Origin: Candidatus Poribacteria bacterium
GTDB lineage: Bacteria; Poribacteria; WGA-4E; GCA-2687025
Direction of reading: 5' to 3'
DNA: 64,000 nucleotides
Assembly (NCBI GenBank): GCA_963665845.2
Contig: OY762492.1
Coordinates: 2,624,001-2,688,000 of the forward strand
The notes below the pieces were generated by a model that was not told the origin of the DNA, searched no databases, and saw nothing but the letters and a program-made list of their open reading frames with translations. The position numbers and the translations under genes are program-made. Of the stretch, positions 57,050-64,000 are shown piece by piece. Numbering within the stretch: position 1 is the stretch's first letter; each line of letters starts with the position of its first letter.

Positions 57050-57838
57050 ATGGAGGTGGTCGTCGCGCCGGACGTGGATCAATTCGCCGCGAACTGGCTT
57101 GTGGAGCAATGGGATGAGATCAGCGCCCTTGGGCTGGCGACCGGCTCCACCCCTGAAAATTTATACGGCTGGCTCATTCAGCGGTATTACGACGGCGACA
57201 TCTGTTTTGCAGACATGAACACATTTAACCTGGACGAGTACCTGTCGCTGGCGCCGAATCATCCGCAGAGTTACAGGGCGACGATTCACCGCCAGCTGAT
57301 TCAGTATGTGGACCTGAAGCCTGAAAATTTTCATGTGCCGCCGGGTTTGACGAACGATGTGGAGGCGGCGTGCGAAGCGTATGAGGACGCCATCGCGGTC
57401 GCGGGCGGCGTTGATGTGTGGATACTCGGCATCGGGCATGAGGGGCATATCGCGTTCAACGAGGCGCCGAGCGAGAAGGAGACGCGCACCCGGCTTGTGG
57501 ACCTGTCGGACAGCACCTTATACCATAACGCGCGCTTTTTCGACAACGATCTTTACCGCGTCCCGAAGCAGGCGATCACCGTCGGCGTGGCAACCATTTT
57601 AGAGGCGCGGAAGCTGCTGCTTCTGGCTAAAGGGGACGCGAAGGCGAAGCCCGTCGCGGACGCGGTGATGGGAAATCAGACGGAGAATTTAGCGGCGTCT
57701 TGGCTCCAAAGCCATGAGGCATGCGTCGTCGCGCTTGACCATGCGGCGGCGTCGGAGCTGCTGACGCGGGCGCCGGCAGGCGAGTCGGTCATCGAGAGCG
57801 CGGACGGGATACGGCATACGATCACCTTCGCCGCCTAA
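57050..57838 (+). CDS. nagB: Glucosamine-6-phosphate deaminase
   Basis: Motifs LGLATGSTP, FNLDEY, LGIGHEGHIAFNE, VPKQAITVG and ASWLQSH. Confidence 0.92.
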   Translation: MEVVVAPDVDQFAANWLVEQWDEISALGLATGSTPENLYGWLIQRYYDGDICFADMNTFNLDEYLSLAPNHPQSYRATIHRQLIQYVDLKPENFHVPPGLTNDVEAACEAYEDAIAVAGGVDVWILGIGHEGHIAFNEAPSEKETRTRLVDLSDSTLYHNARFFDNDLYRVPKQAITVGVATILEARKLLLLAKGDAKAKPVADAVMGNQTENLAASWLQSHEACVVALDHAAASELLTRAPAGESVIESADGIRHTITFAA

Positions 57839-57839
57839 G

Positions 57840-58030
57840 GAAGCGTCCGCGCCGCTATTCGTCCCCCGCTCTCCGCGAGGACATGCATTCCGGGCGCGGC
57901 TAAAACCCCCCCAGCCCCCCTTTTCAAGGGGGGAGTCTAGAAACCCGCGCGATCCGCCGTCATCGGGCGGATCGTCATTCCCGCGCAAGCGGGAATCCAG
58001 AGTTCTCTCAGACAGCCTCCGCATTCCAAA
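57840..58030. repeat. Composite palindromic repeat between convergent genes
   Basis: CGCGAGGACATGCATTCC, CCCCCCAGCCCCCCTTTTCAAGGGGGG and GTCATTCCCGCGCAAGCGGGAATCC. Confidence 0.8.
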
Positions 58031-58067
58031 AGACCTCAAGAGGCTCCTTTGAGCGTTAGCTAATTGC

Positions 58068-59072
58068 CTAAAGCGGCTCCTCAAACAGCTCCGCGATTTC
58101 AACCATCGCCCGCCGTTCGTGCGACCGCGCGCATGCCTCAATAACCGCCAGCGTGTCCAGGTTGTTGCGCCCCGATATGCCAGGCTCAACGCCCTCCGCG
58201 ATGTACCGGTAAAAATCGTCCATGACGCCCTGCTCGGATCTGCCCGTCTGAACGAGCGGAACCGACTCCGCCGCGCCTGAATTGATCGGACGAAACTCGA
58301 CTCCGCCGACATCGTAAGCGCGGATGGTGCCTTTTGTTGTGTGGAAAAAGGCGCGGTAGAAGCTGTTCTGGGCGACGTGCGTCATTGTGTAGGCGCAGAC
58401 GGCGCCGCTCTCGTATTCGATGACGGCGCTGATGTTCGCGTTGTGCGGGGCGTATTTGCTCCACGAGGCGCCGTAGGTTTGCCCAATCGCCGTTTTGGGC
58501 CGCCCCAGAAAGAAGTTCAGGTTGTCAAAATGGTGGCAGCTCATGTCCCACATCATCGCGTTTTTGTAGTTGAGCGTGCGCGGCTCTGGGCGGTAGCGGT
58601 GGTGCGTTATGTCCATGAATTCGGCGTCGCCGTATGCGTCCGTTCCAAGCATGCTCTTGATGGTTTGCTCTACGGGGTTGTAGCGGTAGTTTTGCGAGAC
58701 GCAGAAGCGGCTTCCCGCCTGCTCCGCTTCTTGGACAAGCCGCCGCGCGAGGCTCCATTCCAGCGTCATCCCTTTTTCAACAAGCGCATGCAGCCCCGCC
58801 TCAAACGCGGCGCGCGCGATGGGCGCATGCATGACGGTCGGCGCGCAGCCGACGACCAGATCCGCCTCAACCGCTTCGGCGGCTTTGGCGGTGTCGTCGA
58901 AGCAGGCGCTCTCGGGCAGCCCCGTCTTTTGACGCGCGGCTGCAAGATGATTCGGGTTGATGTCCACCAGCGCGACCGACTCAAACCGCTCGTCCGCGCC
59001 GACCAGATCCAGCGGCCAACGCCCCCGTCCTCCTGTGCCGACATGAATCACGCGCAACGGCCGCTCCGACAT
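58068..59072 (-). CDS. Gfo/Idh/MocA-family oxidoreductase
   Basis: Motifs VGTGGRG, HALVEKG, QNYRY and DMSCHHFD. Confidence 0.88.
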   Translation of the reverse strand: MSERPLRVIHVGTGGRGRWPLDLVGADERFESVALVDINPNHLAAARQKTGLPESACFDDTAKAAEAVEADLVVGCAPTVMHAPIARAAFEAGLHALVEKGMTLEWSLARRLVQEAEQAGSRFCVSQNYRYNPVEQTIKSMLGTDAYGDAEFMDITHHRYRPEPRTLNYKNAMMWDMSCHHFDNLNFFLGRPKTAIGQTYGASWSKYAPHNANISAVIEYESGAVCAYTMTHVAQNSFYRAFFHTTKGTIRAYDVGGVEFRPINSGAAESVPLVQTGRSEQGVMDDFYRYIAEGVEPGISGRNNLDTLAVIEACARSHERRAMVEIAELFEEPL

Positions 59073-59147
59073 CGCCTTCTCCGTTTCTTCGTTTTTGTAC
59101 GCGCCCGCATCCTACCGCCGTCTGTTCAAAAACGCAAACGCGCCTTA

Positions 59148-59311
59148 CTGACCTTGCGTCTTTAGTTGGGGCATGCGGGCGGGCGAACGCGGACGGTTTC
59201 GGCGGCGCTTCTAGATTCCCGCTTGCGCGGGAGTACGATCTGGTTTGCGGCGCTTTTCCCATGAATAAAGGCTTTGTTCGTTCAATGGTCTCTACTTTAT
59301 GCATGAGGTCG
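59148..59311. mobile_element. MITE-like element (complete, diverged)
   Basis: CTGACCTTGCGTCTTTAGTTGGGGCA ... GGTCTCTACTTTATGCATGAGGTCG, with a dRS3-like core. Confidence 0.7.
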
Positions 59312-59357
59312 GGAGGTTCTGAACTCGTCAATATCCCGACTTAAAGGGCTGGATCCG

Positions 59358-60389
59358 CTAGCAGGTTGAAAGAATATCCTCCGCGAGGCTTCCGCACAGC
59401 GCCTCAAACCCTTCGCGCCGAAACCGCGTCGGCGGTTCGATGATGTCGGGGCGGCCGATGACCGCGTAATGATCAACAGCCGCAAACCCGCGCGTCTCCC
59501 CCCATAGCTGCGACAATGTCGGGATGACGCCGTCTGTCAGCCGCGCGTCCGCCTTCACGCGCTCCGTCTTTGGCCAGATGCAGCCCTCCAAAACGGCAGG
59601 GCGCGGCGCGGCGCCTTTCTGCCATCGGGACGCATGATAATCCATGAAGGCGTATAGGCTCGCGCGGCGCGGCGCGCGGACTCCCGCCGCATAGCTGACA
59701 TAACGCACATTCGGCGCGTCCGTCATCCGCGCGGAAAGGCGGCGCATGCGCCCTGGGTTCATATCCTCCAACGCGCCGCTCAACTGCGACAGGCTGCGCA
59801 AATACTGCGCGACCGCCGGCAAACGCCCCTGCGGATCCTCCGCGGCATCTTCAAAAATGCTCAGGATGTCTCTCGGCGCGCCTTTCAGGCTTTTCTCCAG
59901 CGCATATTTCCGCGAGTCGAAAAAACGCCAGACCTGTTCAACCGCGTTCGGCTCCGCCATCTTCAACGCCGCGCGCGAGCAGAACGCCATGAACTTGTCA
60001 AAACGAACGGCGCGCCCAAAATCTGCCAGCGGCGTTCCAAAATGAGGCGACGCAATGCAGACCGCCGTCCGCAGACGCTCCTGAAGCGGCGCCGGCAGAT
60101 GTACAGAGACGGCGGGCGACGCAAGCCAGCGCGCGTCCAGACCGCCCATGCTATGCCCTACCAGATGCAGCGAACGGGGAAGCGGGCGCCCCTGACGGAA
60201 GAGGCGGACGATGTTGCGGCGGAGAATCTTGGCGCGCTGTTCAATCGAAGCGGCGGGGCGCGTCGGAACCGAGACAGGCTCTATGCCGCGCTTCAACAGC
60301 TCCGCCGACACCGCGCCCCAGTAGTGGAACCGCGGACCTGTCCCGACAAAACCCATATAGCCAGGTATCAGGACGGCAAGATGCCTCAT
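59358..60389 (-). CDS. Alpha/beta hydrolase (lipase-like)
   Basis: Nucleophile elbow GHSMGGLDAR, SPHFGTPLAD, TDGVIP and VDH. Confidence 0.85.
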   Translation of the reverse strand: MRHLAVLIPGYMGFVGTGPRFHYWGAVSAELLKRGIEPVSVPTRPAASIEQRAKILRRNIVRLFRQGRPLPRSLHLVGHSMGGLDARWLASPAVSVHLPAPLQERLRTAVCIASPHFGTPLADFGRAVRFDKFMAFCSRAALKMAEPNAVEQVWRFFDSRKYALEKSLKGAPRDILSIFEDAAEDPQGRLPAVAQYLRSLSQLSGALEDMNPGRMRRLSARMTDAPNVRYVSYAAGVRAPRRASLYAFMDYHASRWQKGAAPRPAVLEGCIWPKTERVKADARLTDGVIPTLSQLWGETRGFAAVDHYAVIGRPDIIEPPTRFRREGFEALCGSLAEDILSTC

Positions 60390-61990
60390 TCTTCCGCTTC
60401 TTCGTTATACGCCGGCTTCACGAGGTAGATGTTGAACCGCTCATTCCCGATGGCCGCAGGTCCCATGAAGGACTGCAGCAATTCAATGCGCGGGTTTTCT
60501 TCTAAAACCTCTTCAGACAGGTTGCCGCTAAGCGCGATGAGCGTTTCATGGTCTCGGTCGAGCGCCGTCTGGGCGACCTCCCTCTTGCTGCCGCTTCGGC
60601 TGCGTTCTCGGTCCCAGCGCACAAACGAACCCCATCGGGAGCCGCGCTTGTAGTAAAACCGCTTATTTTCAAGATAGCCGACGATGGCACTGGTCGGCGC
60701 GTCCTCATGCGCGATGATGTAAGCGTCCTGATAGCCCGCCCCGCGCAGATACTCCGCCGCCTCCAGCGCCCTTGAAAAAACGATGCGCCGATCCCATCGG
60801 TGCGCCCGCAGCCCGCCGAACGCCTGAAGCGCAAACAGCAGCGTCAACCCGACCGCCGCGGCGCGTTTCCAGTGCGGATGCAGGCGCTTTAAAAAACGCG
60901 GAACCGCCAGCAGCGCGCTCCAGTACCGCGCTGTCCAAACGAGTGCCGCCAGCGTCAGATATAAAAACCCGTGATGGCGGATGCTGCCGGGGTACTTCAT
61001 ATAGAAAAAGGTCAACAGCCCGACGGTCGCCGCGCCGAAGGAGATCAGCGCGCCCGGGCGGCGCCATAAACTGACCGCAAACAGCGCCGCCAAACCGACG
61101 CTGAACCAGAGCTTATGCGCGCTGTAAAAGCTCCAGTCGTACAGCGCATTCGAACCCCAGCCGTTCTCTTTCGGCACCGCAAAGTACGCCCTGTTGAGGC
61201 GGTCTAGCATGTTGATCGCGCGGTTTGGATCCCAACTGGTGTGCCATCCGACCGCAAAGCCGTAGTCGGGGGGCGGCTTCAGCTGAAGAACCGCCGTCAA
61301 GATGCCGATGCCGATGAGCGCAAAGCCGACCCAGACGCGCCGCCGTTCGGAAGACGCCGCCTCGGCGATCTCGCGCCGGCTTATGAGCGCCTCCAGCGTC
61401 AGCCCGAACGCGAGCGCGATAACGACGATGAGCGCATGAACGCTTGTGTGGCACGCCAGCAGCAGCGCCAGTCCAAGCCAGTGAAAGTACTTGAACCGAT
61501 GTTGATACAGCGCCGCAAACGCAAACAGCAGCAGCATTCCGACGCCGTAATTTCGGCAGATGACCGCATACTCATAAGACGGAAAATAGCCGAACGCGAA
61601 CAGCAGGCGCGCGGCGGGATGAAACGGGGCGTAGCGCGTAAAAAGAAACACCGCCCCAGCCGCAATCGCCAGATGCAATATCTGCATCCCGACAGGCGAC
61701 CATGAGAGGCGCGTTACGGGCAGCAGCAGCAGGTGCCACAAGCCTGGATGCCCCTCGTATTTGAGATGGCGATGCAGGTCGATCGGTCCTGTGCTGTCGC
61801 GGGCGAGCAGCCATGCCTGTATTTCGTCGCGCCACATCTCATGCAGCCCCGCCGTCCAGCCGACAAACAGGACGAACGCCGCCGTGACCAGGATCGCAAA
61901 GAGCCGCTCCGTCCGCTTGTCAGGCGAGTCCCAGCGCATGAAGCTCCATACGTTTCCCCAGCGCGTCATACGGACGCTCCCTTCAGGCAT
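60386..61990 (-). CDS. Multi-pass membrane protein, GT-C-type glycosyltransferase-like
   Basis: HEMWRDEIQAW and YEGHPGLWHLLL after the first TM, YEYAVICRNY, ~11 TM helices, and a soluble C-terminal domain. Confidence 0.6.
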   Translation of the reverse strand: MPEGSVRMTRWGNVWSFMRWDSPDKRTERLFAILVTAAFVLFVGWTAGLHEMWRDEIQAWLLARDSTGPIDLHRHLKYEGHPGLWHLLLLPVTRLSWSPVGMQILHLAIAAGAVFLFTRYAPFHPAARLLFAFGYFPSYEYAVICRNYGVGMLLLFAFAALYQHRFKYFHWLGLALLLACHTSVHALIVVIALAFGLTLEALISRREIAEAASSERRRVWVGFALIGIGILTAVLQLKPPPDYGFAVGWHTSWDPNRAINMLDRLNRAYFAVPKENGWGSNALYDWSFYSAHKLWFSVGLAALFAVSLWRRPGALISFGAATVGLLTFFYMKYPGSIRHHGFLYLTLAALVWTARYWSALLAVPRFLKRLHPHWKRAAAVGLTLLFALQAFGGLRAHRWDRRIVFSRALEAAEYLRGAGYQDAYIIAHEDAPTSAIVGYLENKRFYYKRGSRWGSFVRWDRERSRSGSKREVAQTALDRDHETLIALSGNLSEEVLEENPRIELLQSFMGPAAIGNERFNIYLVKPAYNEEAEE

Positions 61991-63056
61991 GTTCAGACAG
62001 CGGAAGAGAGACGCGCCTGCCCTCCCGCGCCGAGCGGTAAGCGCCCAAGATCATCTCGATGCACAGCTTGCCTTCTTGGGCGGTTGCATGGGTCGTCTGC
62101 CGGTCGGGGGACGGTTCTTTCAGGTAGTCGATGAACGGGCGGGCGACCGCGGCGATGCGTTCGCCATGCCCCGCCGGGACCGGAAAGCCGAGGTCCTGCC
62201 ACCCCTTCTCCGCCTCCGCCTGCCGCCATAGTTTTAAGCCGATCGGACTGGGAAGCGAGGCGGCGGTATTCGTGGAGGGTCCGTCGCCATGGTTCTGAAT
62301 GAGAACGCCCTCGTCGCCGTACACCTCCGTCGTGTTCTCGCCCGCCCAGATGACCGAGGAGTTGAACAGAATGCCCATCGCGCCGCTTTCAAAGCGGTAG
62401 ACTGCGCAGCCGGTGTCGTCCGGGGCGGCGGAGCTGAGCAGGTTGTCGATCTCGGCAACGACGCTGACCGGCTTGCCCATAACCCAGAGCAGAAAATCTG
62501 CCGCGTGGGAGGCGTCGTCCATCCACATGCCCATGTTTTTCACAGGGTCAACATGCCATGAGGAGTGGAACGATTCATGCAAAAGCGCGGGGATGCAGTG
62601 CCGGCGGCGGAGAATGCCGATCTTGCCTAAGGCGCCGTTTTGGACGAGATCGCGTATTTTCTGGTTCATCGGGTCTTGGCGCATTTGGTAACCCATGGAG
62701 AACAGGACGCCCGCCTCCTCCACATCCGCAATGATCTGGTCGCAGTCTTCTAAAGTGAGAGCCATCGGTTTTTGGAGAAGGATATGTTTGCCCGCGCGCG
62801 CGGCGATCCGTACCATTTCGGCGTGGCGGTAGGTTTCGATGCCGATCATGACCGCGTCCACATCGGCGCGTTCAACCAGCTCTTCTGGCGAGTCGCAGAA
62901 AGGCATGCTGTACCGCTGGGCGGCGGCGGAACCGCGCGCGGCGTTGTCGTCCCAGCAGGCGGCTAAATGCGCGTCCTCAAAGCCGTGTATCTGCGCGCAG
63001 TAGGCGTTTAGATGCCCATGCGCCAGGCTCATGATTCCGATGCCGATCGATTTCAT
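61983..63056 (-). CDS. Gfo/Idh/MocA-family oxidoreductase
   Basis: Motifs AGKHILLQKPMA, GALGKI and DDASHAAD. Confidence 0.88.
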   Translation of the reverse strand: MKSIGIGIMSLAHGHLNAYCAQIHGFEDAHLAACWDDNAARGSAAAQRYSMPFCDSPEELVERADVDAVMIGIETYRHAEMVRIAARAGKHILLQKPMALTLEDCDQIIADVEEAGVLFSMGYQMRQDPMNQKIRDLVQNGALGKIGILRRRHCIPALLHESFHSSWHVDPVKNMGMWMDDASHAADFLLWVMGKPVSVVAEIDNLLSSAAPDDTGCAVYRFESGAMGILFNSSVIWAGENTTEVYGDEGVLIQNHGDGPSTNTAASLPSPIGLKLWRQAEAEKGWQDLGFPVPAGHGERIAAVARPFIDYLKEPSPDRQTTHATAQEGKLCIEMILGAYRSAREGRRVSLPLSEHA

Positions 63057-63163
63057 CCGTTCTCCTTTGCTGACAACCATACGCCCCACATGATAGCGCT
63101 AATGGAGTTCCGATGGTTCCCCTTTGAAAAGGGGGCTAGATGGGTTTGAGGCGCGGTAGGCGT

Positions 63164-63457
63164 CTAGTTATCGTCGTCTGTGCGCTCGCGCATCTTTTCT
63201 GCCGTTTGTTCAGTGTCAGGTTGCCGCAGCGTTTCCAGCTCTCGCGCGCGGAGGGCGTCTTCCAGCATGAGCGTCAGGTCGGCGTATTGCTTGTCCATGC
63301 GCTCGCGCAGCGCCGCCATCTCTTGCCGTATCTGCTCCAGCTCCCGCTCTTTTTTAGCGGCATTGCGGAGGCGCGCCTTGTCATTAACGATCATTATCGC
63401 TACAAAAAAGATAATCCAGATAACTGGCATAATCAATTGTGATTCAGCGAGCCACAT
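63164..63457 (-). CDS. Small membrane-anchored coiled-coil protein
   Basis: N-terminal TM helix, then EMAALRERMDKQYADLTLMLED. Paralogous to the ORF at 63699. Confidence 0.65.
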   Translation of the reverse strand: MWLAESQLIMPVIWIIFFVAIMIVNDKARLRNAAKKERELEQIRQEMAALRERMDKQYADLTLMLEDALRARELETLRQPDTEQTAEKMRERTDDDN

Positions 63458-63509
63458 CGCTGCGCCTTTCTCTTCGTTTCAAGCTGCCGCCCCGCCGCGC
63501 TCAACGACT

Positions 63510-63683
63510 CTAGTTTCGCTTATCCCCTTCGCCGTTTCTGTGAGGACGAAAATTTAGACGCGCCCTCTTGGAGGCGCGCCGACGGGCAAGCAGCGACACG
63601 ATCACGGCGGCAACTCCGATGATATAAAAACACAGCGCCGTTATCAGCCATTCAACCGCTTTTGAGATGGTTTGAGCGTCCAT
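63510..63683 (-). CDS. Small single-TM protein (57 aa, not in the ORF track)
   Basis: My translation is MDAQTISKAVEWLITALCFYIIGVAAVIVSLLARRRASKRARLNFRPHRNGEGDKRN. RBS-like GAAGGTGA, with a positive-inside tail. Confidence 0.55.
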   Translation of the reverse strand: MDAQTISKAVEWLITALCFYIIGVAAVIVSLLARRRASKRARLNFRPHRNGEGDKRN

Positions 63684-63698
63684 TGTTCACCTTCTTTC

Positions 63699-64000
63699 TT
63701 ACCGTTCTTCATCTTCCGTTTGCTCTAGCGCTAACGCCTCGCGTTCTTCTTGACCGCCGCCAAGCTCGCGGCGAACCGCCTTCTCGCTGCGCAGCTCCTC
63801 CAGCGACAAGGTCACGTTCGCGTATTGGTCGTCAAAACGTTCGCGCAGCGCCGCCATCTCGTTCTGCATCGCCTCCAGCGTTTTCTTCAGATCGGCATTT
63901 TCCTTTTTGGATTGGAATCTGGAGCGCAGCTGTGAGAACACTATGATCCCCCAAAGCCCGACGATTCCCATACCGACAATGATCAAAACAAAGAGATAAC
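63699..64000 (-). CDS. Small membrane-anchored coiled-coil protein, probably 5'-truncated by the window edge
   Basis: The frame is open to the window end. TM helix, then EMAALRERFDDQYANVTLSLEE. Confidence 0.65.
   Translation of the reverse strand, partial: YLFVLIIVGMGIVGLWGIIVFSQLRSRFQSKKENADLKKTLEAMQNEMAALRERFDDQYANVTLSLEELRSEKAVRRELGGGQEEREALALEQTEDEER

Overview
GC-rich bacterial chromosomal window with about 55 supportable CDSs, 3 tRNAs and an unusually dense set of intergenic repeats. Several features point to Candidatus Poribacteria or a relative: LamG proteins with a C-terminal 'VxPxG(K/R)xAxAWxExK' tail, two PhyH dioxygenases, a sulfatase-fold enzyme, and a WD40 protein ending in 'PNYPNPFNPETWIPF'. 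This taxonomy is inferred, not searched. Housekeeping genes are polA, a frameshifted PBP1b-type gene, bioF/bioD, iscS, nagB, pilD, sirC, tRNA-Arg(CCT) and tRNA-Leu(CAG)/(CAA). There are two metal-uptake operons: a His-rich outer-membrane protein with ABC SBP and permease, and a porin-imelysin-dihaem operon with two Fur-like boxes. Two DNA methyltransferases are present, one fused to an HNH nuclease. The most novel-looking items are: (i) a yvcK/glmR - [GlmU-like/LbetaH/DUF89 fusion] - nagB operon, (ii) four helically phased promoter-like units upstream of the ABC metal operon, (iii) a modular MITE-like family built from three palindromic modules, including a 4 x ~262 bp ABAB array, (iv) a protein with apparently two Hfq-like domains, and (v) an extremely Asp-rich lipoprotein. 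No CRISPR array, cas gene, transposase, integrase or rRNA was found. All calls are by eye from motifs, and no database searches were run.
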